A stretch of DNA of 60,192 nt, counting the filler, from Sluysia triapertura (lineage: Eukaryota), in the NCBI GenBank assembly GCA_046118255.1. It is 5 parts of 5 records of this genome, joined end to end, with 100 filler letters (N's around TTAATTAATTAA, not from the genome) between each part and the next. Parts side by side here need not be neighbours in the genome. Positions count along the whole stretch, not along the records: positions 24,839 to 36,912 come from JBJNIA010141834.1; positions 37,013 to 47,956 come from JBJNIA010191129.1; 3 more parts are not named here. One strand, 5' to 3'. Under the pieces are notes generated by a model. It was not told the origin of the DNA. It saw only the letters and a program-made list of their open reading frames with translations, and searched no databases. Positions 25,677 to 38,896 of the stretch are shown in pieces (position 1 is the stretch's first letter; the number at the start of each line of letters is the position of its first letter). A program made the translations under genes and the position numbers.

Positions 25677-26396
25677 TCAATGTGACCATTCAATTTCGTG
25701 TCGAAATACGGCTTTCATCAATAAATCTAGGATTGTATCATATAATTCGTAAGCTTGAATCATCTGCTTACTTGGTATCCTCACTTGTTTACGATTGATA
25801 AAACGTTCATTGATTGCTAAATCTGCACCACAATAGGATGACCCATCATGCACTGAAACTAATGATCCGCATGGTTCGATAACATAATTATACTCAAAAC
25901 AGCGACGAAAAATTGATGATCGGAAATTATGAATTATTTCATCACAATTATCCACTAATGTTTTGCTACTTAATACTGCATTCGTTTCTTTTGTATTATC
26001 TTTAAAACCTATATCCAGGTTCGCCTATTTCAATTCACTATCGAAATTCGCTGTCACTTCGTCCGTAACGTGCTCACATTGATTCGAAATATGCATCAAT
26101 TTACCATTATAAACCCCATGACTAAATGCTTCAGCAACAGTTTTATATATTACAGAACTTAGAGACTCTTCCCAATTATGATCATCATTAAAATTGTTTA
26201 ATAAATCACTAAATAGTCCATCACAACTATCATCTAATGTAACAAAAGTGGAATAAATCGTTGTTTTTGAATGAAATAAATCTATCGGAACTACAAACAT
26301 CCCATTATCTAATTCTGTATAATTTTTAAGAGCTGTAATTATTATTAGATCATACAAAGAATCTTCATTAGACTTAGCCATTTTAGTTTTTAACAT
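25677..26396 (-). pseudogene. Pol-beta-superfamily nucleotidyltransferase (TUTase/non-canonical PAP-like) N-terminal fragment
   Basis: The two ORFs are in frame across one TAG (26025-26027); IEPCGSLVSVHDGSSYCGADLAI resembles the PFGS-x-DxD motif with the first Asp read as Gly. Confidence 0.4.
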
Positions 26397-28184
26397 AATG
26401 AAAAACTAATATTGCCCTCAAATTTTTTAATTTCTTTTTATCTAATTATTTTTAATATTCTAGTATAATGAATTAAAAAATTGTGATCAGTTTTCTTAAT
26501 TTAATTGTGAGGTTTTACCGTATTACATACACATAAATGTTTTCCAACTAAAAATTTTGACCTTTATTTTGTTGTTGCTAATTATAGATTCATAAAATGA
26601 AAATAATGATTGGTGTGTTATCAGTAGACATGGTATGAAGACTGAGTTTAATTAAATTGTCTATCGATGACATACAAATAAAATTAGGTGCTGGCTTGAT
26701 TAGTGATTAAAATTTTGCAGATTTGAACAATGATTAAGAAATAATGATAGTTAAAAGCAACACTAAATGATTATAATTATAGTCAGATAATAATACATGA
26801 AAATAAACACAATTCTTTTACTTTGAAATTACACGATATTTCTATTATTTCTTTTATTACTTACATATAAACAATCTTAATATCTTTAGAAATCTTAAAG
26901 GCTGAATATTTAAAAGAATCTTTATACAGAGTTGTTTTTATGTGATATCAGAGACTGTGTATTGTAGAATTATGAGTTTGAAATATTTTGAATTAGATTG
27001 AAGTGTAATTTGCAATTTTGATATTGTGAGAGAAATAATAAAGTTAAAGTTAATAGAATAAAAGTTGATTTATGATATCGTGAGTTCACCAACGTACTGG
27101 ACTTACCATCGAGGGCCAGCCGTTGGATTTTAGATAATAAAAAATTTTTTTCAAAAGTTTAACCGATTTCTTATTATGTCTTTTAATTGTCTCGAGGTTT
27201 TGTGAATTCAATTTTAACAATTTAATAAGTATTTTGCATAAATCCTATGATAAGGATTCTTTAAAATTTAGTTACTTTCGTCAACAAAAAACAATCTGTG
27301 ACAAGTAATGATTTCTCTATTTTGCAACTATTTAATATCAAAAAGACAATATTAACCTTATGAAGGATTTATTAATTACACAAATTAAAAAATACAAATT
27401 TACAATAAAGTATAATAATAATACAATAATTTGCAGGAATTAACTTTTGTAATTCCAAATAGTAAAAATTTTATTAATGTTTTTGCAGTAATCTGTTATA
27501 AGATCACAAATTTTATTAAAGGAATTTGAGTAATAGTTTACAATGATATTTTAAAAAATATCGTATCATAAATAAAATAAACTAACGTTTACACAAGAGA
27601 TTTTATCAAGTTAATGTGTGAAAGTGTTGTCCAAAAATTTCGTTCCACTAATTCACCAAAACAACTTAACGAATTAAAATTTTTTTTATGATTATGTGAA
27701 AAGAATTGTGTGATATATACACTTTCATACACTTTCATAGGTTATTTAAATAAAGTTATTTAAACAAAATTAAAATTTTTTTTTATTTTTTAAATAGAAT
27801 TAATAAACTTACAATAAAATTAAAAGATTAGTAATTAAAGTCATAATAATAAAATAAAATAAACTTACAATTAAAAGAGTCCAATAAATTTGTAATAATT
27901 TCACAATTAAAAGAATAAAATTGTAATAATTAATAATATCAAATTAATAATATCGTAAAAATCAATAATTCATACAATAAATCATCTATAAATGTACATT
28001 GTTGACCTCTGACCTCTGCTACTTTGAAACTTAACAAATATAAGGAATTGAAAAATGAAGAAAGGATTTATAGAAAGTGATTTTGGACAAGAGATGAGTA
28101 GGAAGCATATATATATTTACAAATTCTATGAATAATTGATATAAAGTGATGAACAGAACATTATAAATATTGTTGGAGTGAGGA

Positions 28185-29420
28185 TAAAAACATTTATAAT
28201 AATGTGAACAGCTGAGAATACCTTGAAGAATACAAGGTGTTGAGACCTTGTAGAAGCTTGAGATAGATTTGAAAAACCTTTAGGGACATTAGGGTACCTT
28301 TGAGTTAGTAAACCTTTAAGATTCTTTGAGACCTGGATAAGTATTTGAGATCTGAGTAGCTTTATAAAGCAGTTGAAAGCTTTAAAATATTTAAAAAATA
28401 ACTAATATTTAGCTTGTAAGATGCATACATTTAAATAAAATATTTAATATATAATGTTCGGTTTCAAGACTGTAGTATCATTATATCATGCTACAGTTTT
28501 AGATAGTAAAGATAGTAAATATAAAGACTTATCTTTTTATAAACATTACAAAAATGATTTTGTATCCATAACAATTCTAACAAATAAAATCTAATTCATA
28601 AATCTGACCAATGTGAACAAAAAGCAATATTAAACTTAAATGTATAGGAAAATCTAGAGGAAAGTTTGAAATGTCTAGGAGCGGTTTATTTGAGAATAAG
28701 AACTTCATTTTCATTGGAAAATTTTGTATCGAAAAATGAAAACAGTCAAATTCTAAAAACTAAAATTAAATTCATTATTTTTATCTATGCCGACAATGCT
28801 AATGATTGTTACTTAAATGTGAAAAGTAATTTAACTAGAATAAAAGAAAATAATAGATTATCATAAATAAATTTTTATGTTCTGTATCTAATAAAGTCTT
28901 ACAGCCGTACCATGTAACTGTCAAAGTTAATATTTTCGGATTAATTATCAAAGAAAGTTGTAATGATTTGTATGACAGAATGTTTTACTGAATAACTCAG
29001 GAATGATAAAAAGGAATACATACAAATTTTTTTACGTACCATCAAGTAAATGCTGCTGATGTGAAGATCCAGGTGCTCGGTAAAATTTTGAATTTATTTT
29101 ATTTTATTCTTTTGATTTAAATAAATTAGTTTTTTGTGAGACTTCCTCTTTAATTATTTATCGTTGTTCTAAACATTTTGTTTCTTGACGAATAAAGTCG
29201 ATTTGATTTAATAACTTTTATTTAGAAGAGATTAATTAGTAGATTTTATTTTGTTTTCTATATGTTGAAAAATACATCAAGGTTGAATTCAAATATAATT
29301 ATTGAAGTAACAATAAAATTTATAGTTTTTCCGGAAGTCCTTCTGTTATTTATTTATAAAATTTTAAAATTATTTTTGAAACGTAAATAATTTAATTTTC
29401 GTGCTGCGTCACCCTTGGTT
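28185..29420 (+). repeat. Copy 1 of a diverged direct duplication (copy 2 at about 30768-32425)
   Basis: Colinear shared blocks: ATAATAATGT.AACAGCTGA.AATACCTT, TTGAGAATAAGAAC, CCGTACCATGTAA, TGCGTCAC.C.TGGTT. Confidence 0.8.
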
Positions 29421-32400
29421 ATTATTTTATCATAATTATTATATGTTTAATTCTTTTCTTTTTGACTTACTGACAATCAGTAGTTGTTTTGGTTGTTATT
29501 AACTTTTAATTTTGAAAAATGATCAGAATTGTTTGCTTTAATTATATCATTGTTGTATTTACATTATATTTAATATATTTTAATTCATATCTTTTGATTT
29601 TATTAAGTTTTAAAATTCATTTTTTAATTAAAATAGATCTGATAGTAATATTCGAAATTAAATGCTAAATATATATGTTATGTATAAATGTATTTTATAA
29701 ATTTTTTAATTAATACTGTTATTATACTAAAATAAATACAAGTTAAAATTAATATTAAAAATTTAAAATTATAAAATAAATGAAATTTAAATTTAATAAT
29801 AATTTAATAATAAAATTAAAAAGTAATATTAAAACGTTTACAAGAAAATAAATAAAATTAAATAATTTTAGAAATTATCAATTTATATTATAATTTAAAA
29901 AATTTCAAAATAATTAATTGTTTTGTTTTAATCTTTATTTGGAAACCTTTTTATAAAAATTTTTATAAGTTTGATACAAAATTTTTGACAACAAAATTTT
30001 AGGAGAATTTGAACAATTAAAATTTTAGAAGACATAACCATATTTAGATATTCATAAGCTTTATCAAAAATTTTAGAAGGGAAAATTTCAAATTCAAATT
30101 CCAGGATGCATAAGTAATTTATTATTTCATAAGTTTCACTTTAAGATAAGGAAACTTAAACTATACATTATTTGTTTTATATTTATACTTTTTATTTTCG
30201 TGCAACACTTCAATATGGGTTGCGTAACTAATTTTTAAAATCTCACAACCAATTAAGGTTGAGTTTTTTATTAAATTAAATATTTATATTATAATTTAAC
30301 CATTGTATTTTACGTCTTACGTTTTGTTTAACAGACCTTAGGTTTTATTTACTGACTTATTATTTAAGATGAGTTGCATAAGTGTTAAAATCTTCTAAAA
30401 TAAATTTTAATTAAGTTAATTAATAAATGTATTTTAGTATTTTAACAAATAAAACCTTGTAAATGGTTGTTTCTTCGTATTTCTCATTGTTTTGTCTTAA
30501 TTCAAGCTTTTTATATATTTATCTTACCATTAAATTCATCAGAATCCCCTGTCGCAATTCCTCAGTAACGTTCACTTATTCCCTTATCCTGAGTCTTATA
30601 CCTTTATATCTACCTTTACCCTTCACAAATCCCAACACTTCCTTTATCTTCTAAATTTACTGTTGGCATTGTGTGATTAGGGGATGCATGAGAAACATAC
30701 AGAACTATAAAATAAAGGAAGAACTGATACAAATTGATGGATTGAACATTATAAAAGAATCTTGAAAGTAAAAACATCTATAATAATGTTAACAGCTGAA
30801 AAATACCTTTGAGTCCAAAGACCTACATAAGGTATTGAGACCTTGTGGAATCTTGAAGTGGACTTGGAGAACCGTTGGAGGCATTAAAGTACATTTGAGC
30901 TTGTAAACCTTGGGATGATCTTAAAACCTTGATAAGCATCTTAGATCTTCGAGTAATTTTATAAAGTATTTAAAACTTTTAAAATATTTCAGAATTAAAA
31001 TCATTGTTATTAGTATTAAGAATAAATCTAGGATGGTAATAATTAACATGAAGAAGTAGTAATAAGAGAAATGAAGGTGAAAACATAAACTACTAAATAA
31101 CTTTAGGACCTTAATAAAACCTTTAAACATAAAATAAGATTCAGTCTAAAAGTAGATTAATTAATTAAAATCTTAATTAACTTAATTAAGAAAAGTATGT
31201 CTTTGTGAATTACTTTTGAATGCGGTATGCTATGTTAAATTTGAAACTGTGTACGCATTTGTTTTAAAAAGACCTTTCCATGAAGGTATGGTTTGACCGA
31301 GTTCAATCATGGAAAGCCTTAATATTGAGCAAAGTCACATTTTAATTAATTCTTAATTATTGAATGTTGAGTTTTTGTACTTAGAGTGATGCAAATATAA
31401 TAAATGGAGTATAAGATTATTGCTATGAGAGGAGAGAATCTAGACATGAATTAGAAATGTTTGTAGAATGGTTTGTTTGAGAATAAGAACCTTAAACGTT
31501 CTTCATTAGAAAATTAGAAAAATACGAACATCAATTAAATTCTAAAAAGTGAAATTAAATTCATTAATTTTATTTTAACGATATTGCTTACTGTTATTTT
31601 AATGTGAGAAGTAATTTAAGTAAAAATAGATTCAGTAGAGTAAAAGAATATGATGGTTGATAATAAATCAAATTTTTCTGTTTTGTACCTAATAAAGTTT
31701 GACAGACCGTACCATGTAATTGTTAAATTTATTATTGTCGGTATAATTCTCAAAGAAGTTTTGATGATTTGTGTGAGAGAGTGTTTTATTATGAAGCTCA
31801 GGATTGATTGGATGATGAAAGAGTATAAAATGAAAACTTAAAAATTTTACAAGACAATCGTACAGGCATTGAACAAAAGAAAATTCATGACCATGGTTAT
31901 ATTTTTAAGTTATATTATTATTTTAAGAAAAATAAAATAAAATAAAATAAAATAAATAGATAATTTTTTGGGGAAATATTTAGTAATAGTAATTATAATA
32001 GTAATAAAAAACTATAATAGTTTTTATTGATAAATAAATTTGATTTTTTTGGGGGATATTATTATTTTGAAATATTTTCAGCAATATATTTAATTATTAT
32101 TTTAATTTTAAGTAATTTAATTTTAACTTTTCTCAATATTGATAAATTTGATTTTTGGGAAGATCTCTGTCCAAATTTTTATAATTTTTTGCTAAGCAGA
32201 TGAAATAAAATTACTTTGAAATATTTTAACAATATCACTTTTATTTTTACCTTTTTATAGTAAATTGATAAATTTGATTTTTTGGAGGATACCTGCCCAA
32301 ATAATTTTATAATATTTAACGTTATTAAGTTAGGTTAAGATTATCTGAAATATTTAAGCATTATTAATATTTTAAACTTTTTAGATATTGATATTTTTAG

Positions 32401-32900
32401 TGTTTGTTGCGTCACTCCTGGTTTCTTTAGATGGATTGTTGTGTCTTTAATATTATTATAAGCGTTATTGTTAATCATGTAATTTTAGTCATTTTTAGTA
32501 TTGTTTAGTGGAGACTTATAAAAGTAATTTGTATTTGATTTTTTGTAATCATTAAATTATGTAGTTGTTATTAATTTGATTTAAAAACTTAACCTTTTGG
32601 TTGATTAAGTATTATCATCAAAATAAGGAAATAGCGATAATTGTATAATGGATTTAATGATTATCGAAATTTGTTTGATTTTATTAAGTAAATTATACGG
32701 TATTGATTTTTTATTATTGTTAAGTATAAAGACGCAACATAATTATACATAATTTTATTTTTAGATACCAACATTTGCTCCAATGAAATATGAATTAGCA
32801 GCTAATGGGGCCAATTCATATTATATTGGTTTATCAATAAATTAAATTTTATTATGCTTAACAATAATGAAGTACTAATTAATGATACATCATTAAATGA

Positions 32901-32965
<65 letters not shown>

Positions 32966-33305
32966 ATGATTAAAAATACAATTAATTGAAATAAAATATG
33001 TTTAAGAAAAATTTACGGTTCTTACTAAGAATAGTTCCACATCTAGCGTCTTTGAGTACTGACTAAATTAGAGGTTATGAAGACATGATAATTTAATGTT
33101 TAGTCTATTATTGAACAGAATCAAGTAAAAAAAAATACGAAATAAGAAATTTTAAAGCCGACGTTGATCTGTTTTAAGTTAGAATGGTTCAAAGAATAAC
33201 ATATGTGAATTAAATAATTGTAAATAGTGTGAAATACAGAAAGTACAAAGGACTACTTGATGATCTAAGAATGTTTGATTATGATTGAAGATTTTGTTGA
33301 ATCTT

Positions 33306-33462
33306 TGTTGGGGTAAAAGGCCTAAAAGTGCCATTTAGTAAAATTGAATTTAATAAAAATGAAATTGTTAGACGGGGCTGATAGCTCAGTGGTAGAGCAT
33401 CGACGGCGCAGACGATGGTCCCGGGTTCGATCTCCGGTCAGTACATTTTACGAAGTCTAACA
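33306..33462 (+). mobile_element. 157-bp TG...CA element with internal tRNA-like cassette and 4-bp TSD TCTT
   Basis: TCTT|TGTTGG...GTCTAACA|TCTT; A box TAGCTCAGTGG and B box GGTTCGATCT within 33374-33444. Confidence 0.85.
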
Positions 33463-34209
33463 TCTTTTGTGAGTTGTAAAGTAATTGTGTGATGATTAAG
33501 TGGTAAAATTAAACGTTATAAATTGACCCACAACAATTATTATTATAAATAATTAAATATTTATTTTCTTTAATAAATTTTACTATTAAATATAAATTGC
33601 ATATAACAGTTAATTTTTTAAATATGCACATAAAAAAATTCTCATTTTCTTGCAAATTAAGTTGTATTTAAAATGTACTTATAAATAAATAAATCTGTTT
33701 GTAATTAAATATCGTATGCCCTTCAAACAAACTAACACAAACTATTTTTCAAATCTAAAAAAATCTAGTACTTCAAATATTTTTTCTTTCATCCCTCGAG
33801 TAAAATTGATCTGAAAAAGAAATTAGTAAACTATTCGATTAGAAAATCTACAACAGCATTCGTTGAGATAAGTCGAATAATAATATTTTAATAAATTAAT
33901 AATATATTTTTTATAGTAGAAAATATTATTCTTATTTTATTGACCAATTATTAATTAAATTTAATTATTTTGAGTGAGTTTATAGATTTATCATTAAAAT
34001 ATTTAAATGTTTAGATTAAATTGATGTAAATTTGGCTGTGCCTCATATAGCAACTTTTATTTGTAAAATTTTATTTACTGTTCTAAGAAAGTATTATTTA
34101 ATGTTAATTACATTTTAAAAATTATTATATTATCCAGAATACCATTAGTTAGATTATTTTAATATTAATTTATTTTTTTTAATTTATTTTTATTTTTGAT
34201 AAATTGGAA

Positions 34210-34884
34210 ATCGCATAAAGAACTTTATATTCGAGAATAAAGTTCTTCGTGCAGATTTATTAAACTGTTCGATATCTAATGTAGATATTCATAAAATTAA
34301 TGCTTACATATATAAGTAATATCAAAATTTCAAATATTTTTTTCTAAATATATTTCTTAAATTTTTTGATTTTAGTAAAAGTTTTATATAGTATTATTTT
34401 TGGTGTCTAAAAAGTCTTTATGAAATTATGACACGTAAAAAAATTATTAAATAATTATTTGTTTTATATATTTGTTTTATTACATCAATCTAATTTACTT
34501 AATTATTTAATTAATTTAAAATTTCTTTATGATTTCTAACTACATTGAATGAAAAACTGATTTATTCTTTAAATCTTAATTGGATATTTTTGATACTCAA
34601 TGAAAAGATTTATTAAGGAATTATCTAAATATTTATTTTTTAATGAATTTAGTATAAATTAAAGATATAGCAAAATGTCACGATCAGCATCTCAAACACC
34701 AAACATGTCCAGAAAATTCACCTCACGTATGAATTCAAGTAATTTCTGATTTTCGATTTTATTTTAAGCATATAAATGATTTTTATAATGAAACATGGAA
34801 ATAATCTTTATTTATTAAGGTAATACTGGTGGTATTGATGAGGATTTCTTTTACGAACATTTTTCAAAAGTCGAATCAGTAGAA
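34210..34884 (+). CDS. CLASP: CLASP-like exons (partial gene or pseudogene)
   Basis: NKVLRADL resembles the end of TOG1; GT-AG intron 34739-34819 joins MSRSASQTP...NS in frame to NTGGIDEDFFYEHFSKVESVE (cf. CLASP GAVDEEDFIKAF), ending at a GT donor at 34885. Confidence 0.5.
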
Positions 34885-36127
34885 GTTAGTTTGCAATTGT
34901 TATAATCAAAGTATTATGTAAGAATGAGAGTGCATCATTAATATAACATGTTTATTTATAAAATTTATATAACATAGTAGTCGTTACTAACATTCTGTCT
35001 TTCAACATAAAACAAATACGATTAAAATAATAAAAAATTTAATCAAAATTTAAGTTAAAAAACACTGCTTTTATTTTTGTGGTAAAAATAAATTAATATA
35101 AATAAAAGTTACATAATATAATACTATTACTGCTTAGGGAAATATTATTATTTATTATATATTAATTTTATTTATTATTTATTGACGTTTTTTTAAATAT
35201 TTGAAAATTGTATTTTAATGTCAAAATTTAATAATTTATTGTAAAAATAACGTCGTTTGTCGAATAAATCCACAGAAGGGATATTAACAAACTAGTTCTT
35301 GTAAAATAATACATAATACAATATATCAAAAAAAATGTATGTTAAGTGTTTATCAAGAAATCTAGATGAGTGTCTTTTTTGAAAACAAGTTATTGAAGCT
35401 ATTTGATATATTCATTAATTCTAGATTAATGCTGTTTAGTTCAAATTTTATATTTTTATTGTACATCAAACACTTTTGATTGTTTTATTCGAATTTACAA
35501 GAACCATAGGGGACTTGTTTTAACTTTATTAAATTTTTCTAAAATTCTGAAATTAACTTTAATTAACATCGTGAATTAAAATTATTCAATTTTATCAAAT
35601 ATGAAAAATCCGTTGATGAAAACACACCATAATTTTGCTTCTTCATTATAGATAAGAATTCGATAAACTTGTTAGGAGAGTTGGGCATCTTTCTTTATTT
35701 TGTAACAATTTAATTTAAATTTTATTGGATAATATTAAAATTTTAACTAATAATATAATTTAATAAGAATAGAAAGATGTAAACGTGTTTATTATGTAAT
35801 GCATTGAGTAAACATTTTTAAACCTAACGTTATGTTTAATGTAATTCGATTTTGCTTCGAATTACTTATAGTTGTCGACTCATATTATAGATTGAAATTG
35901 TGATTTAATATGTATTATATGTATAAAAGTGGGGAAAAATTATAATTGTCTCTAAGAATTATTATCTTCCATTTCACAATACCAATAAAACAATATGCAA
36001 TACAAAATAAAAAAAATAAAATAATCTTATAAAACTATTATCTTCAACTATTTATTATTTTTCACGTTAAATTTATTTAAATTGTAAAAATTAAATATTC
36101 GGATTCATCGTAATTTTACATGACCAC

Positions 36128-36175
36128 ATCTAGGGTTTTGAGCGCCAAGGGCAAAACAAAATTTGGCGCCCTTTC
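36128..36175. mobile_element. Possible hAT-type MITE terminus
   Basis: GC-rich CTAGGG...GCGCCAAGGGCAAA...TTTGGCGCCC in an AT-rich background; partner end not found. Confidence 0.3.
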
Positions 36176-36912
36176 GTACAATAATATACAAAATTTAGTG
36201 TGATTTAAAAAAGGCAAAAAATCAAAATTACGCGATAAAGAACTGTGTAAAAAATTTATTTAAAAAATAATACAATAGTTATTTACTTACAAGCGATACA
36301 TACATGGAATAACATAACGAGCGCATTTGAAGTTTGAGCGACGAAGGAGCGTGTGGCATACAAGATTTTTTGTAATGCTATTTGTCAAAAATTCAATAAC
36401 ATAGTTAATTAAATTAATTTTTTTTGAAGATCAGTTTACAATATTAAAATAATTAACGTTGTGGTATTATTAAAGAAAAAAATTTATTGCTTGCTAAAAA
36501 ATCGATGAGTCATGAAAATTGATCGATTTTAATTTATAAAATCTAAAAAAATATTTTATTTTATTCGGCCTTGAAAATTTAGCAATAACAAATTTCAACA
36601 AAACATAAAAATATAATCAAAGTCATAATATACGTTGGTGAAGTTAAAGTGTTACTGTGAGAAAGGTTATAACTCAACAAATCATAAAAATATATTAATA
36701 TCTTAATTTAATTTGGAATAAAGATCTTTATTAATTTGCATTTAATGTGTTTAAATGTTTTAAAGATAATTACGACACATTTATATCAGCAACATATTAA
36801 ATCTTATCATATCTATGATAATTTTACACTTATTTGTACGATTTCATATGGGTTGATTTTATCTTTATCTTGTTTTTTTAGTAGCAGTTCCATGTGAATC
36901 TTAAGCAAAGCT

Positions 36913-37012
36913 NNNNNNNNNNNNNNNNNNNNNNNNNNNNNNNNNNNNNNNNNNNNTTAATTAATTAANNNNNNNNNNNNNNNNNNNNNNNNNNNNNNNN
37001 NNNNNNNNNNNN
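36913..37012. other. Artificial contig spacer
   Basis: N-TTAATTAATTAA-N. Confidence 0.97.
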
Positions 37013-37735
37013 ATCAAATGTAGAAGACTTTAAAGAATTTATTAGATCTCCTTATCTTTTTCGCTATTTCTTTTCATTTCATTTCGTATCTTAAATTTTA
37101 TCTCAGAATATAAAGATTAGAAAGAAGAAGCTCGTGTAAAAAGATATAAAGACATTTATGTACTTTTATTTTTATTCATCATTATTATTATTCTTATTAT
37201 CACTTTCCATCATATTATTATTATAATTATTATTCATTAGTATTACTGTTACTATTGACGGCCATTTAATTATCATGTGATGTAATAATTATGACTAGGC
37301 ACAATATCAGTATAACCTATTAGTTAATTTTAGTCATCAATTATTAATCAGTCATCAATTATCATTAATCTCTCTACCAAACGTCACCCAATCAGAATAC
37401 AGCATTACAAAATATTAATCACTTACTTTTCAATGATCCGGTTGGCTAGACAAAAATAAACAGCCAACTACCAAAAAATCTCAAATTTTTGTATGTGTAA
37501 TTATTGGCAAACGGTGGAGAACAAAAAATTGTTAGTAGTCAAAAAAGAGAACTATATTTCATACACAAAAATACAGCTAATAAAAAACAGTCATTATATT
37601 ACACAGTACTATATAGAATAAATCAATAGCAGCCATTTTAAAAAATCGGGAGAATTAATTGATTAAAAAAAGAGTGCGGAATCTTAGTGAACTGTAAAAG
37701 TATTTTAAGCAGAGTCTTTAAAGATCTATATTGCC

Positions 37736-38812
37736 ATGCAATCAGCTATTAGTGACAATTATAATGGAGTTGATGAACATGATCCTAGAGTGTTACTGTT
37801 TATTAGTAATGTAAAGCAGAGTCTAAGCGATGTTAGATATGATCCTAGAACGTTATCATTTATTAGTAATGTAAAGCAGAGTGCAAACGATGTTAGTAAT
37901 ATAAAGCAGAGTGTAAACGATGTTAGATATGATCCTAGAGTATTTTCATGTGTTAGCAATGCAAAGCAAAGTGTAGATGACAGCGAATCTGATCCTAGAA
38001 CATTATCATGTTTTATCAATATAACGCAGAGTACGAACGATGATGAATACGATTTCAGAACATTTTCACTTATTAGCAATGTCGAGCAGAATACAAATGA
38101 TGATGAATATGATCTTACCATATCATCATGTATTGGCAATAGTAAACTGGAACATCGTCATGAAGAAGATGCGAAGTTATCAAGTGGTAAGTTAACATCG
38201 AATTTCAATTGTATATTTAGTTTTTATACTCATGAACACTATTATATAATTTATTGCAGATTATTCATGCCTTATTATGATACGTCTGAACCCATGGACG
38301 GAGAAGAGCAGCTTCCAACAATTGCAGCAAAACTCTTGTCGTATATGAACGTACCTCAATTTCTAATAAATCATTGTTATAAATCTTTTAAATTTTTTTG
38401 GTTTTATAAATTTGTTTCAAATCCTAAATTATATGATAATTTAATAAAAATTCTTATTAAATTAAGCAATAAAGTGACTCCGAAGGTTCTTGATTCAAGT
38501 AGAGGACAAAGGTTTAATAAATTGTTTTCTAAAATTAAATTCTACATTTATATAAATAATTTCCATAAGGAACGCGTCGAAGCGCAGATTGAAATCTCAT
38601 TTCATAAAATATCTTTTGAAAACGCAGACGCATGCGTTTCAGATCAGCTAGTAATACATAACCATTCAAGCACTTTACGTACACTACGGCCAAACTTCAA
38701 AGCTTTAAAACCTTCGAGATGCATGCGTGACAATTTTGAGTATAAAATGCATCTGTATGATTATAAGACACAATACGACAAGCCCTCACAGCTTGGTCAT
38801 CTATCAAAATAA
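37736..38812 (+). CDS. Intronless 358-aa hypothetical protein with N-terminal 20-aa tandem repeats
   Basis: Longest intact ORF in the window; about six 60-bp units (DPRTLSFISNVKQSxxDVRY). Confidence 0.6.
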   Translation: MQSAISDNYNGVDEHDPRVLLFISNVKQSLSDVRYDPRTLSFISNVKQSANDVSNIKQSVNDVRYDPRVFSCVSNAKQSVDDSESDPRTLSCFINITQSTNDDEYDFRTFSLISNVEQNTNDDEYDLTISSCIGNSKLEHRHEEDAKLSSGKLTSNFNCIFSFYTHEHYYIIYCRLFMPYYDTSEPMDGEEQLPTIAAKLLSYMNVPQFLINHCYKSFKFFWFYKFVSNPKLYDNLIKILIKLSNKVTPKVLDSSRGQRFNKLFSKIKFYIYINNFHKERVEAQIEISFHKISFENADACVSDQLVIHNHSSTLRTLRPNFKALKPSRCMRDNFEYKMHLYDYKTQYDKPSQLGHLSK

Positions 38813-38896
38813 AACATAACAATTTTTTTATATTAAATCATTAAAAGATTCAAACCATTACCCCATAATTACTTAATATTGAAATCATTGTCAGAC

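Noticed and set aside
26025-26027. Stop-codon readthrough or alternative genetic code
   Set aside because: Stops of all three types and frameshifts are scattered through every decayed ORF, so pseudogenisation is the simpler explanation
33374-33444. Functional tRNA gene
   Set aside because: Anticodon arm is non-canonical and differs among copies, acceptor stem is imperfect, and it sits inside a TSD-flanked repeat
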